From Parcubacteria bacterium DG_74_1 (GTDB taxonomy: Bacteria; Patescibacteriota; Minisyncoccia; Minisyncoccales; DG-74-1): a stretch of 64,000 bases of DNA. The translations under genes were made by a program, and so were the position numbers. The stretch is taken from assembly GCA_001303125.1 (NCBI GenBank), contig LJNE01000001.1:17737-81736 (forward strand). The letters are read 5' to 3'. Under the pieces are notes generated by a model that was given only the letters and a program-made list of their open reading frames with translations, had not been told where the DNA came from and searched no databases. This document shows positions 52,727-62,952 of the stretch, one piece after another; within the stretch, counting starts at the first letter, position 1, and every line of letters begins with the position of its first letter.

Positions 52727-54256
52727 CTATTTAGCGTACTCTATTACTCTCGTTTCTCGAATAACATTAACTTTGATTTCGCCGGGATATTTTAATTCTT
52801 CCTGAATTCTTTTAGCTATTTCTCTGGCTAGTTTTTTAGCCGCCAAATCATCAATTTCCTCTGGTTTAACAAAAACTCTAATTTCCCTGCCTGCCTGTAA
52901 GGCCCAGACCTTTTCCACTCCTGGGAAAGCAGCGGCAATGTCTTCTAAGTCTGATAATCTTTTTAAATAATTTTCTAGAGTGTCCTTTCTGGCTCCTGGC
53001 CTCGCTCCGGAAATTTGGTCAGCCACCTGAACGATAATCGATTCTAGGGTCTCATAGGGATATTCCTCGTGATGCGATTTCATTGCCTGAATAACTTCTG
53101 GAGCTTCTCCAAACTTGTCCAAAATTTTAATTCCAATATCAGTATGAGAACCCTCTACCTGCTGATCAACTGCCTTGCCAATGTCATGGAATAAGCCAGC
53201 TTTCTTGCAAACTAAAGCGTTAGCGCCGATTTCCTCAGCCAAAGCTTCGGCCAAATAAGCCACCTCAATTGAATGAAGTAAGACGTTCTGGCCATAACTG
53301 GTCCTGAACCTTAATCTGCCTAATAATTGAATCAGTTTTGGGTCTACTCCGACCAAGCCCATTTCATAAACAGCTGCTTCGCCAGCCTCCCGGATTTGAT
53401 TTGAAATCTCTCTTTTCGCCTCTTCCACTTTTTCTTCAATCCGCGCTGGCTGAATGCGGCCATTATGGACTAACTTTTCTAAGGTTAATTTAGCAATCTG
53501 TCTTCTTGTTGGGTCAAAACCGGAAATAACCACGGTCTCCGGCGTCTCATCGACCACGATTTCTACTCCGGTTAATTTCTCAAGAGTCCGGATATTCCTA
53601 CCCTCCTTACCGATTATTCTTCCTTTAATTTCTTCTGAAGGTAGGGCGAAAGTAGTAGTAGTAATTTCCTGGGCCTGGGAAATAGCGCATTTTTGGATAA
53701 CAGTGGCCAAAATCTCTTTGGCTCTTTTTTCGAATTTTTCTCTACCTTCCTCCTCTAAACTCCTTATTTTCCCCAAAATTTCTTTCCGGTACTCTTTCTC
53801 TGTGTTTAACAGTAATTCTTTTTTTGCCTCTTCTTTCTTTAGTCCGGAAATTTTTTCTAATTTTTCCGAGGCCCGGTTTTGTAAATCCTCCAGGCTTTCT
53901 TTAATTTGTTTTAATTTCTCTACTTTTTCCTGAAAGTCTTTTTGTTTCAGTTCAAAATCAGAGATTCTCTGATCCAAAATGTGCTCCCTTTTCAGCAACA
54001 GCCTTTCGGTCTTCAAAAGCTCAGAATGCCTTTGGCTGGTTTCTTCTTTGGCTGTCTCTAAAATTTTTTGAGATTTTTCTTTTGCTTCAGAAAGAATTGA
54101 GTCAGCAGTTTCTTTGGCTTTCTGAAAGCGTTTTTGGAGAATTTGCTCTATTGTCCCAGCTCTCTTTTTGGCAATTGATTGCCGGGCATAGTAACCTAAA
54201 ATTGACCCAAGAAATAGGCCAAAAAACCCTACAATTAGTAGAACAATTTGATCCAT
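52727..54256 (-). CDS. rny: ribonuclease Y
   Basis: Start preferred at MDQIVLLIVGFFGLFLG (ATG 54256; the track uses an upstream GTG). N-terminal TM, coiled coil, KH (GRIIGKEGRNIR) and HD domain (LFHDIGKA). Confidence 0.9.
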   Translation of the reverse strand: MDQIVLLIVGFFGLFLGSILGYYARQSIAKKRAGTIEQILQKRFQKAKETADSILSEAKEKSQKILETAKEETSQRHSELLKTERLLLKREHILDQRISDFELKQKDFQEKVEKLKQIKESLEDLQNRASEKLEKISGLKKEEAKKELLLNTEKEYRKEILGKIRSLEEEGREKFEKRAKEILATVIQKCAISQAQEITTTTFALPSEEIKGRIIGKEGRNIRTLEKLTGVEIVVDETPETVVISGFDPTRRQIAKLTLEKLVHNGRIQPARIEEKVEEAKREISNQIREAGEAAVYEMGLVGVDPKLIQLLGRLRFRTSYGQNVLLHSIEVAYLAEALAEEIGANALVCKKAGLFHDIGKAVDQQVEGSHTDIGIKILDKFGEAPEVIQAMKSHHEEYPYETLESIIVQVADQISGARPGARKDTLENYLKRLSDLEDIAAAFPGVEKVWALQAGREIRVFVKPEEIDDLAAKKLAREIAKRIQEELKYPGEIKVNVIRETRVIEYAK

Positions 54257-54739
54257 ATTTTTGAAAACCACGAATATTTATCACAAATTTTTCCATGAAT
54301 CATCACTCAAATACTTACTGAAGTCTTGTTTAGTCTTATGCTCTATATACTGTCGGTAAGTGAAAATCCATGTTCAGATTAGTATTTTATTTATCGATGG
54401 TTTAAATTAATGATTTCTATTTGTGGATCCATTGTAGCAAGTTTTTAAAAAGATGTCAAAAACCGAACGCTGCAAAGCAGGGTTCGGTGCGAGACGAGGC
54501 AAAGCCTCAGCGAAAGCCGAGCCTCACAAAGCGAAGCCCGGCTTTAAAAACCCTCCTATTGAATCTTTTCCTTTTTTAAAAAAAGGGGGTCTACTAATCC
54601 CACAAAATACTATTTTGAAAACGGTTTTAACAACCACGCCCCCATGGCTAAATAATAAAATTCTTTCTCTCGGCCTCGCTATCTTTATAGCGAATATCAT
54701 TCCTAAAAGAAACAAAAAAAGCCGGCAGGTTACGAAACA

Positions 54740-55324
54740 TCATTCTTTCGTCTTTATCACCTCATCAATAATACCGTATTCTTTGGCTTCCGTAGCTGAT
54801 AAATAGAAATCACGATCAGTATCTTTTTCAATTCTCTCTAAGGGCTGACCGGTATGCTTGGCTAAGATTTTATTTAATTTGTCTTTGATTTTGACAATCT
54901 GTTTAGCTGTAATTTCTACTTCCACCGCTTCGCCGGTAATTCCGCCCATAACCTGATGAAGTAACACCTCGGCGTTGGGAAGAGCAAATCTCTTACCTTT
55001 GGTACCGGAAGCTAAAAGAGTGGCGGCCATAGAACCAGCCAAACCGACGCAGACCGTAGAAACCGGACATTTAATATATTGCATCGTATCGTAAATAGCT
55101 AAACCTGCGGTAACTACTCCTCCCGGAGAGTTGATGTAAAACTGGATATCTTTTTCCGGCTCTCGGGATGCCAAAAACAAAAGCTGGGCAATAATTGAAT
55201 TGGCCGCGGCATCAGTAACCGGCCCCCCCAGTAAAATTATCCTATCTTTCAATAAACGGGAATAAATATCGTAAGCGCGCTCTCCGTATTGGGTCTTTTC
55301 GATGACAGTGGGAATTAAGTTCAT
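54740..55324 (-). CDS. clpP: ATP-dependent Clp protease proteolytic subunit
   Basis: 194 aa. YINSPGG, active-site [14 protein letters not shown]. Confidence 0.95.
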   Translation of the reverse strand: MNLIPTVIEKTQYGERAYDIYSRLLKDRIILLGGPVTDAAANSIIAQLLFLASREPEKDIQFYINSPGGVVTAGLAIYDTMQYIKCPVSTVCVGLAGSMAATLLASGTKGKRFALPNAEVLLHQVMGGITGEAVEVEITAKQIVKIKDKLNKILAKHTGQPLERIEKDTDRDFYLSATEAKEYGIIDEVIKTKE

Positions 55325-55330
55325 ATATTA

Positions 55331-57319
55331 TTATACTAAAAAGCTAATAATTAGCAAGGCAACTATATTCAGCACCTTAATCATCGGATTTATTGCCGGG
55401 CCAGCAGTATCCTTGTAAGGATCTCCGACGGTGTCTCCGGTAACAGCTGCCTTATGGGCAAAAGAGCCCTTGCCCCCCAAATTTCCTTCTTCAATATATT
55501 TTTTGGCATTATCCCAAGCCGCTCCGCCAGAGGTCATCTTGATAGCTAAAAAAATACCAACAATGATTGAACCAATTAAAAGACCTCCCAGAGCTTCCGG
55601 GCCTAAAATCAAATAAATTAAAACTGGAAAAATTAAAGGCAGGGAAGCTGGCAGAATCATTTCTTTCAAAGCGGCTTTGGTAACAATATCAACGCATTTT
55701 GAATATTCCGGCCTAGCCTGCCCTTCTATTAAACCTGGAATCTCTCTAAACTGCCTCCTAACTTCTTCAACTACCTTACCAGCTGTCTTGCCTACTGCGG
55801 TAAGGGCTAGGGCGGCAAAATAATAGGTGATTATTCCGCCAAAAAATAAACCAATCAAAACCCTGGGGTCATCTAAGAGAAACTGAATTTCTTTTCCAGT
55901 CTTCAATAATTCCTGGGTATAAGCCGAAAATAAAACCAGAGCAGCCAAACCGGCAGAGGTTATAGCGTACCCCTTAGTAGTAGCCTTGGTGGTGTTGCCG
56001 ACTGCGTCTAGGGTATCGGTATTCCCCTTTACCTCCCCTGAAAGCCCAGCCATTTCGGCAATCCCCGACGCATTGTCAGCAATTGGACCGTAGGAATCTA
56101 TGGTAATAATTAAACCACTTAGGGAAAGCATAGCCACTACGGCAATGGCCAGCCCATACATACCAGATAAATTAAAACTGATTAAAATACCGAGAGAAAT
56201 TAAAACCACCGGCCAGATAGTCGATCTCATTCCAACGGCTAGGCCGTTAATAATATTCGGGCCGTGGCCCGACTGGGAAGCCTCGGCAATTGATCTGACC
56301 GGCCAATGTTTTTTTGAAGTAAAAAAATCAGTAATCAAAAATATTCCACCGGCAATTAAAAGACCGATAATAGCCGGCAAACAGAGATCAACCAGGGCCA
56401 TTTCTAAACTTTGAGCAGTTTTATAGATTATTGGACAAAAACCAACAGCTGATAAAATTCCAGCAATAATAAGGCCGCGGAAAAGAGCCCGGGCTGGACT
56501 TCCATCTTTTTTAAGTTTAACAAAATAAGTCGAGATAATTGAAGCTAAAATGGCCATAGCCGCCAAATGAAGAGGCAAAATAATTGCCATAAACTGATTG
56601 GAGAGGGGAAATATTAAAGCAGCTAAAACCATAGCCGCCACTATCGTTACCACATAAGTCTCGAATAAATCAGCTGCCATGCCGGCACAATCGCCGACAT
56701 TATCACCTACCTGATCAGCGACAACTGCCGGGTTTCTGGGATCGTCCTCAGGAATTCCTTTTTCAATTTTTCCCACCAAATCAGCCCCAACATCAGCTGC
56801 CTTGGTGTAAATGCCGCCAGCTAATCTGGCGAAAACCGAAATTAAAGAAGCGCCAAAACCTAGAGCGATTAGAGCCTCTAAATCATTAAAGAGGGAGTAA
56901 AGGCCAGAAACAACCAAAAGCCCTAAACCAACAACCAAAAATCCGGTGGCTGAACCGCCTCTGAAAGATAAATCAAAAGCTGGCTTCAATCCGGATTTGG
57001 CAGCCTCAGTCACTTTGAGATTGGCGCTGGTAGATACCATCATACCAATTAAACCAGCCAAGCCGGAGGCGAAGGCGCCAATCAAAAAGCCAAAAGCCAT
57101 CTTCAAATCTAAAGCAAGCCAGAGAAGAAAAAATAAAAAAATCCCGACAACACCACATGTCTTATATTGTCTTTTCAGGAAAGCGGTTGCCCCCTCCCTT
57201 ATTGCTTGAGCGATTTCAATTTGCTTTCCCGAACCAGAAGAGGCCTTTTTGACTTCTTTAATCAAAAAATAAGCGAAAACTAAACTAAAAACTGAAACAA
57301 TGACTGGAAAAAACAACAT
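55331..57319 (-). CDS. hppA: membrane-bound H+-translocating pyrophosphatase, K+-independent type
   Basis: 662 aa, polytopic. [31 protein letters not shown] (Lys and Thr at the K+-dependence determinants), [12 protein letters not shown]. Confidence 0.9.
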   Translation of the reverse strand: MLFFPVIVSVFSLVFAYFLIKEVKKASSGSGKQIEIAQAIREGATAFLKRQYKTCGVVGIFLFFLLWLALDLKMAFGFLIGAFASGLAGLIGMMVSTSANLKVTEAAKSGLKPAFDLSFRGGSATGFLVVGLGLLVVSGLYSLFNDLEALIALGFGASLISVFARLAGGIYTKAADVGADLVGKIEKGIPEDDPRNPAVVADQVGDNVGDCAGMAADLFETYVVTIVAAMVLAALIFPLSNQFMAIILPLHLAAMAILASIISTYFVKLKKDGSPARALFRGLIIAGILSAVGFCPIIYKTAQSLEMALVDLCLPAIIGLLIAGGIFLITDFFTSKKHWPVRSIAEASQSGHGPNIINGLAVGMRSTIWPVVLISLGILISFNLSGMYGLAIAVVAMLSLSGLIITIDSYGPIADNASGIAEMAGLSGEVKGNTDTLDAVGNTTKATTKGYAITSAGLAALVLFSAYTQELLKTGKEIQFLLDDPRVLIGLFFGGIITYYFAALALTAVGKTAGKVVEEVRRQFREIPGLIEGQARPEYSKCVDIVTKAALKEMILPASLPLIFPVLIYLILGPEALGGLLIGSIIVGIFLAIKMTSGGAAWDNAKKYIEEGNLGGKGSFAHKAAVTGDTVGDPYKDTAGPAINPMIKVLNIVALLIISFLV

Positions 57320-57336
57320 AATAATTTATGAGTTTA

Positions 57337-58560
57337 CTAGTCTTTATTTTTCGGCTTTTTATTTTTGGTTTTTTTCTTTTCTTTCTTTTCGGTTTCTGCT
57401 TTGCGCTCTTTTTCTTCTACCCCTTCCGGACTCCTGACGTCTATTTTCCAGCCGGTAAGCTTTGCAGCCAATCTGACATTCTGGCCGTCCTTACCAATAG
57501 CTAAAGACAGTTGGTCTTCCGGAACAACGGCTAAGGCTTTATTTTTGGGTTCAATTTTGATTTCCACAACCTTGGCTGGACTTAAAGAATTGGCAATATA
57601 AGTCTCTGGTTCTTCGGAATACTCAATAATATCAATCTTTTCTCCGCCTAACTCATTAATCACTGCCTGGACCCTGGTCCCTCTCTGACCGACCGCGCTA
57701 CCGATAGGATCAATCCCTTCAGCCTTTGAGGCAACGGCGATTTTTGTTCTGGAACCTGGTTCCCGAGCAATTGATTTAATTTCTACCTGGCCAGCTGAAA
57801 TCTCTGGAACTTCTAATTCGAAAAGCTTAGAAACTAATCGAGGATAAGCTCGTGAAAGAAAAATAACCGGGCCCTTAGGCCCTTCTTCAACTTTCAGAAG
57901 GAAGAGTCTTAATCTCTGGCCCGGCCGATAAAATTCGCCCGGCACCTGCTCTTCTCTAGTTAATATTCCCAAGGTCTTGCCAATATCAAGAAAAACGTTT
58001 CTTCCCTCTATTCTTTGAACAATCCCCGAAATAATCTCGCCCTCTTTTGTTTTATATTCCGTCAAAATACTCTCCCTTTCCGCTTCTCTAATTTTTTGTA
58101 AGATAACTTGTTTGGCCGTCTGGGCGGCAATACGGCCATAGTCACCCCTTGACTCTAAAAGAATTTCCAACTCTTCTCCGGCTTTTATTTTCGGCTTTAT
58201 TTTCTTTGCTTCTTCTAACATAATATGCTTCTCTGGATTAAATCGGACCTTTCCCTTGTCTTCTCCGCTCTTAACCAGGGAGAGCTCTTCTTCAATATTC
58301 TTTTCTTTCTTTTCCTTCAGTTTCTCTAATTCTTCTTCGGTATAAATCATTGATTTCGTAACTACTGATTTTATCTGCCAAAATTGAACTTCCCCCGATT
58401 GACGGTCCAGCTTGCATTTAGTTACCTGGCCCTTTTTGCCATATTCTTTTTTATAGGCTGCAGCAATGGCTGATTCAATAGTTTCCCAAATCTTTTCCGG
58501 AGAGATTCCTTTTTCTTCAGCAATTTGAGTAATCGCCGAGGCGAATGATTTTACATCCAT
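57337..58560 (-). CDS. nusA: transcription termination/antitermination factor NusA
   Basis: N-terminal domain, S1 (GEIISGIVQRIEGRNVFLDIG), two KH domains and a Lys-rich tail. Confidence 0.9.
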   Translation of the reverse strand: MDVKSFASAITQIAEEKGISPEKIWETIESAIAAAYKKEYGKKGQVTKCKLDRQSGEVQFWQIKSVVTKSMIYTEEELEKLKEKKEKNIEEELSLVKSGEDKGKVRFNPEKHIMLEEAKKIKPKIKAGEELEILLESRGDYGRIAAQTAKQVILQKIREAERESILTEYKTKEGEIISGIVQRIEGRNVFLDIGKTLGILTREEQVPGEFYRPGQRLRLFLLKVEEGPKGPVIFLSRAYPRLVSKLFELEVPEISAGQVEIKSIAREPGSRTKIAVASKAEGIDPIGSAVGQRGTRVQAVINELGGEKIDIIEYSEEPETYIANSLSPAKVVEIKIEPKNKALAVVPEDQLSLAIGKDGQNVRLAAKLTGWKIDVRSPEGVEEKERKAETEKKEKKKTKNKKPKNKD

Positions 58561-58615
58561 AGTGGTAATAAATTAGCCCGTACTTTCGACGGACTATCTT
58601 TAGCTTATCAAATTT

Positions 58616-59278
58616 TCACCACCAAGTCAATTTGTTTATTATTCTTATTATTCTAAAACCAGAGCAAGGTCTATCATCGTCAAAAATTAATCGGTTGCCA
58701 ATAAGAGTTAATTTCTCTTTCACGGGAAAAATTTCTTTAATCGGGCTTAATCTTTTAACAAAAATTGGCGCCAAAGATACCAGGGTTAAAACGCCAATAG
58801 TTTGAAACTGGCTAAAATAAATCGAAAGAAAAAGAGAAACAGCTAAGAAAAAAATTGTCCCGATGGAGGAATTCCAGGCTAAAGATATTAACAAGAAAGG
58901 AATAACTGAAAAAACAAGTAGTTTTGGACTGAGAGCTAGAAAGGCACCTAAAAAGGCGCCGATTCCCCGGCCGCCGGCAAATTTCACAAAACAAGACCAA
59001 TTATTGCCCACAACCACGGCCGCTCCACAAAGAACCTGGGAGAAAAGAGACAAGTCACAATGCTGGGCTAAGAAAACTGCGAAAAAACCTTTACCAATAT
59101 CACAAAGACCAGTGGCTATTCCCTGCCAGGCGCCGACATGTCTAAAAACATTAGAGCCTGAGCTTTTCCGCCAGCCAATTTTAAAAATTTCCTTTCCTGA
59201 AATCTTGGAGAAAATAAAGCCAGAGGGGATTGAACCTAAAAGATAACTGATAATAACAATAACAATTGACAACGGCAT
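58616..59278 (-). CDS. PlsY-like acyltransferase paralog with degenerate signature motifs
   Basis: PlsY fold (LGSIPSGFIF, CDIGKG, FVKFAGGRGIGA). GSGNxGAxN is replaced by SSGSNVFRH, and the His before F-x-GG-(K/R)-G is Asn (GNNWSCF). Confidence 0.6.
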   Translation of the reverse strand: MPLSIVIVIISYLLGSIPSGFIFSKISGKEIFKIGWRKSSGSNVFRHVGAWQGIATGLCDIGKGFFAVFLAQHCDLSLFSQVLCGAAVVVGNNWSCFVKFAGGRGIGAFLGAFLALSPKLLVFSVIPFLLISLAWNSSIGTIFFLAVSLFLSIYFSQFQTIGVLTLVSLAPIFVKRLSPIKEIFPVKEKLTLIGNRLIFDDDRPCSGFRIIRIINKLTWW

Positions 59279-59282
59279 CTAA

Positions 59283-60191
59283 TTAAATAGGTAGGCAGCC
59301 GGCAATGATAGTACCAGGGCCGGAATTGGCACCGACAATCGGCGGAACCAAAGAAATAAAAGCTACTTCTGCAGCTAGCTCTTTTTCCACTTTCTCTTTT
59401 AATTGATAGGCTAACTCAATGTTGTCACTATAATTTATTCCCATTCTTAATTTTCCAGATTTTCTACCTTGGCGCTTTAGCTGGTAAAAAAGTGCTTTGA
59501 AAGTATCTTTGGTCCAAAAATTAAAGCCAGTCAGGGCAACCTTTCCTTCTTTAAAACCAAGCATAGGCTGGACCCCTAGGATCTTTAATACTTTAAAGGC
59601 GGCTGCCTGCCCGGAAGAAATTCGGCCAATTTTTTCTACCCAATAAGTTGTTTTCAAGAAGGCAAAAAGCTTGATTCTTTCTCGAAGACTTTCTAAGGTT
59701 TTCAAAATTTCCTCTAGGGTTTTCCCTTCTTGAATAAGCTCGCTTGCTCTAAGAGCTAGAAGTCCTTCGGGGCTAGCCGCGGCAAGAGAGTCAAAAATCT
59801 CAATTTTCGAAGGATCAGGCATAAATTCTTTTGCCTGTCTAGCCGAACTATAAGTAGCTGATAATTTAGAAGATAAAGTAATCACTAGTGCCTTTTCAAA
59901 TTTCTCTAATATTTTTTTGTAAGCTTTCAAATAATCTCCCGGCGGGGGCGCGGAAGTTTTTGGCCCGGCTTTGGTTTCTTTCATTACCTGATATAAGTTT
60001 TTCTCAGGGAATTTATCCCATTCGGGAAAATATAATTTTATTTTTACAACCTCGATTTGAAAATCGTTAATTATTTTTTCTGGCAGACTGCAGGTATCAT
60101 CAACAAGAAGGCCGATCTTTCGGCTCTGTCCGAAATCAGGCTTAAGTTTTTGAGATATAATTTTGTTTTCAGCCACCATCAATTTTTTCAC
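59283..60191 (-). CDS. DegV-family fatty-acid-binding protein (FakB-like)
   Basis: KIGLLVDDTCSLPE N-terminus after a ~25-aa extension. Length and pattern are DegV-like. Overlaps the upstream plsY end. Confidence 0.75.
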   Translation of the reverse strand: MKKLMVAENKIISQKLKPDFGQSRKIGLLVDDTCSLPEKIINDFQIEVVKIKLYFPEWDKFPEKNLYQVMKETKAGPKTSAPPPGDYLKAYKKILEKFEKALVITLSSKLSATYSSARQAKEFMPDPSKIEIFDSLAAASPEGLLALRASELIQEGKTLEEILKTLESLRERIKLFAFLKTTYWVEKIGRISSGQAAAFKVLKILGVQPMLGFKEGKVALTGFNFWTKDTFKALFYQLKRQGRKSGKLRMGINYSDNIELAYQLKEKVEKELAAEVAFISLVPPIVGANSGPGTIIAGCLPI

Positions 60192-60846
60192 CTAAAAAAT
60201 AGCTCTTAAATCTGGGGATATTTTTTATTAATAATAAAATTGTTCCAGCAGCTATTGGCAGAAAGATTTGAGGGTTATAAAAATACAGGGCCACGGGGCC
60301 GAAGAATAATCCGGCAAACCTGCCAGCCATTTGCTTGCCGAAAATTGAAACAATGGGTAATATTTTTTTCCAGTCTATCTTTGTCTCAAAGCCGACTTTC
60401 TCTAAAATGATTTGAAACAAAATCGTACAAAAAAACATCGGTAAACCCCAGACCATAAAGGAAAAAGGATCCAAATAAAGCAAAATGCCAATTAGGCAGG
60501 CCGCGCCCCGGCCGCCGGCAAATTTTAGAAAAATGGAGTAATTATGGCCTAAAACAACAAAAAAGCCAGCAATTATTAAAGCTAAGGAATTGAAAGGTAA
60601 AAAAAAATGAGCAAGAAAAATAGAAAAAGCGCCCTTGGCCATATCAATTATCAAAACAACTAAAAATCCGACGATGGCGAGTTTTTTTGATTTCTCTCTC
60701 AAGGCTCGGATAGTATTCATTGCGCCAACATTTCCCGACCCAATCTTTTTAATATCTCGACCGGTAAACTTTTTAACAAAAAGGTAAGCCGTTGGAAAGG
60801 AACCAACGAGGTAAGCAACGAGAGAAATTGAAAAGAAATTAACCAT
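60169..60846 (-). CDS. plsY: glycerol-3-phosphate acyltransferase PlsY (canonical motifs)
   Basis: VGSFPTAYLF, GSGNVGAMNTIR, IDMAKG, GHNYSIFLKFAGGRGAA. Confidence 0.8.
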   Translation of the reverse strand: MVNFFSISLVAYLVGSFPTAYLFVKKFTGRDIKKIGSGNVGAMNTIRALREKSKKLAIVGFLVVLIIDMAKGAFSIFLAHFFLPFNSLALIIAGFFVVLGHNYSIFLKFAGGRGAACLIGILLYLDPFSFMVWGLPMFFCTILFQIILEKVGFETKIDWKKILPIVSIFGKQMAGRFAGLFFGPVALYFYNPQIFLPIAAGTILLLIKNIPRFKSYFLGEKIDGG

Positions 60847-60862
60847 TGAAAATTAGAGATCT

Positions 60863-62419
60863 TTACAGGGGTATATTACCGTGCTTCCTGGCTATTTTAC
60901 TCTCTCTCTTATTTAGTAAAGACTCGAGGCATTTAATTAAAGTGTTTCTAGTGTCTTTGGGATGGATTATCAAGTCAACCTGACCTAATCGGGCAGCCTG
61001 ATAAGGGCTTAAGAAAGCACTCTTCAGTTCTTCAATTTTTTCTTTTTCCATTTCTTTCGGTTCTCGGCTTTCGGCAATTTCTTTTTTATAAATAATTTTT
61101 ACTGCCTGCTCGGGCCCCATCACGGCAATTTGAGTAGACGGCCAAGCAATAACCTTATCAAGGCCTAACTGCCGGGAACATAAGGCAATATAAGCTCCAC
61201 CGAAAGCCTTTCTCAAAATTAAGCTGATTTTCGGGACAGTTGCTTCGCTGTAAGCATATAAGACTTTGGCTCCGTGCCTGATTATCCCCCGATGCTCCTG
61301 GTCTTTACCGGGAAGGTAGCCAGAAGTGTCGACTAAATTAATCAAGGGGATATTAAAACAATCGCAAAACCTGACAAACCTGGCCACTTTGTCTGAAGAA
61401 TCAATATCTAAAGTACCGGCCATAAATCTAGTCTGATTAGCTACTAGGCCAACTGAATAGCCAGATAATCTGGCCAAGCCTATCAAGCAATTAGCAGCAA
61501 AGCCTGATTGGATTTCAAAAAAAGAATTTTTATCAAAGATTTCTTCGATCACTTCCTTCATATCGTAGCCCTTTTTCTCGTCTTCGGGCACTATTTCCAA
61601 AAGCCGCATAGTCTCTCCTTCAAAAAATTCAGCCAAGAGCCCTTTTTGCCTCGGTAAATCTGCCAAATTGTTTTGCGGCAAATAAGAGAGGAGTTTTTTT
61701 ACCCCTAGAAAGCAGTCTTTTTCTGACTTAAAAATGAAATGGCTGCAACCGGATTTTTGGCTATGAACCGCAGCTCCTCCTAAGTCTTCAAAGGAAACTT
61801 TTTCTCCGGAAACAGCTCGAATCACTTCCGGCCCGGTAATATACATTTGCGAAATGCCCTCTACCATAAAAACAAAATCAGAAAGCCCGGGAGCATAAGA
61901 GGCCCCCCCGGCTGAGGGACCAACAATAACAGAAATTTGTGGAATAACTCCTGAAGCCCGAATCATCGCCCTAAAAATGGAAGCGTAACCATCTAAGCTG
62001 GATATCCCCTCTTGGATTCTGGCTCCACCCGAATCAATAATACCAATACAAGGACAGCCGGTTTTGGTGGCTAGCTCAATCATTTTGGTAATTTTTTGAC
62101 CGTGCATCTCCCCCAAAGAGCCGCCCATTTTAGAAAAATCTTGACTAAAGAGATAAACCTGGCGGCCGGAAATTTTACCAAAGCCGGAGATTACTGCATC
62201 TCCGGGAATTCTCTTCTCTGCCATGCCCAATTGTTGAAAACGGCTCTCAATAAAAGGATCTAACTCAACAAAAGTTTCCGGATCCAAAAGCAGGTTAATT
62301 CTCTCACGGGCAGTCAGTTTCCCTTTTTGATGCTGCTTTTCAATCAATTCCGAGCTCTCTAGTTCCTCTCGTTTTTTGTTTAATTTTTCAATCTCTTTTT
62401 CAAAAGCCATATTATTCAC
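60863..62419 (-). CDS. acyl-CoA carboxylase carboxyltransferase subunit (propionyl-CoA carboxylase beta / methylmalonyl-CoA carboxyltransferase 12S type)
   Basis: 518 aa with two crotonase-like halves. GKLTARERINLLLDP, DSGGARIQEG, GPSAGGASYAPG, AFGGAYIA. Confidence 0.85.
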   Translation of the reverse strand: MNNMAFEKEIEKLNKKREELESSELIEKQHQKGKLTARERINLLLDPETFVELDPFIESRFQQLGMAEKRIPGDAVISGFGKISGRQVYLFSQDFSKMGGSLGEMHGQKITKMIELATKTGCPCIGIIDSGGARIQEGISSLDGYASIFRAMIRASGVIPQISVIVGPSAGGASYAPGLSDFVFMVEGISQMYITGPEVIRAVSGEKVSFEDLGGAAVHSQKSGCSHFIFKSEKDCFLGVKKLLSYLPQNNLADLPRQKGLLAEFFEGETMRLLEIVPEDEKKGYDMKEVIEEIFDKNSFFEIQSGFAANCLIGLARLSGYSVGLVANQTRFMAGTLDIDSSDKVARFVRFCDCFNIPLINLVDTSGYLPGKDQEHRGIIRHGAKVLYAYSEATVPKISLILRKAFGGAYIALCSRQLGLDKVIAWPSTQIAVMGPEQAVKIIYKKEIAESREPKEMEKEKIEELKSAFLSPYQAARLGQVDLIIHPKDTRNTLIKCLESLLNKRESKIARKHGNIPL

Positions 62420-62939
62420 TAATAGTTCGCAATTGTTCTTCTAATCCTTTAATAATTTGTCCCAAAATCTTTTGGTTGTCAACTTCTCTGCCTAATTCTA
62501 TTTTAAGAGAAGTGGCGATATTTTCCAAGTCTTTAGGAAATTTCTTAATATTAGTATTCAGACCAATCCCGATTACTGACGTCTTAACGTCCCTACCGAT
62601 AATATTTTCAGTCAAAATCCCAGCTAGTTTTTTCCCATTTACCCAAACATCATTTGGCAATTTAATAAATGGCTCCAGGTTAGAATTTTCTTTTATCGTT
62701 TTCGCGCAGATAAAGGCAGCTAAGATAGTCAAGGTCTGCAGGTCATCAATGTTACTTTTAGGAAGAATAATAGAAAAATAAAGCCCTCCTTTAGGAGAAG
62801 ACCAGACTGATTTCTTTCGGCCGTAACCGCCGGTCTGCTCTTTGGCTACAACTATTGTCCAGGGATCCGCCCCTTTTTGAGCCAGCTCTTTGGCCTCTAA
62901 ATTAGTAGATTCAAGAGTTTTGTAATTTTTTATAATCAT
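62412..62939 (-). CDS. birA: biotin-protein ligase, catalytic domain only
   Basis: QTGGYGRKKSVWSSPKGGLYFSIIL and KLPNDVWVNGKKLAGILTE. At 175 aa it has no HTH domain and no C-terminal beta-domain. Confidence 0.8.
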   Translation of the reverse strand: MIIKNYKTLESTNLEAKELAQKGADPWTIVVAKEQTGGYGRKKSVWSSPKGGLYFSIILPKSNIDDLQTLTILAAFICAKTIKENSNLEPFIKLPNDVWVNGKKLAGILTENIIGRDVKTSVIGIGLNTNIKKFPKDLENIATSLKIELGREVDNQKILGQIIKGLEEQLRTISE

Positions 62940-62952
62940 AGTAAAGTTTGGG

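Noticed and set aside
54453-54806. 117-aa ORF in the clpP-rny gap
   Set aside because: It has a low-complexity Lys/Arg/Ala-rich N-terminus produced by the GC-rich hairpin region, overlaps clpP antisense, and has no SD or promoter context. I treat it as non-coding.
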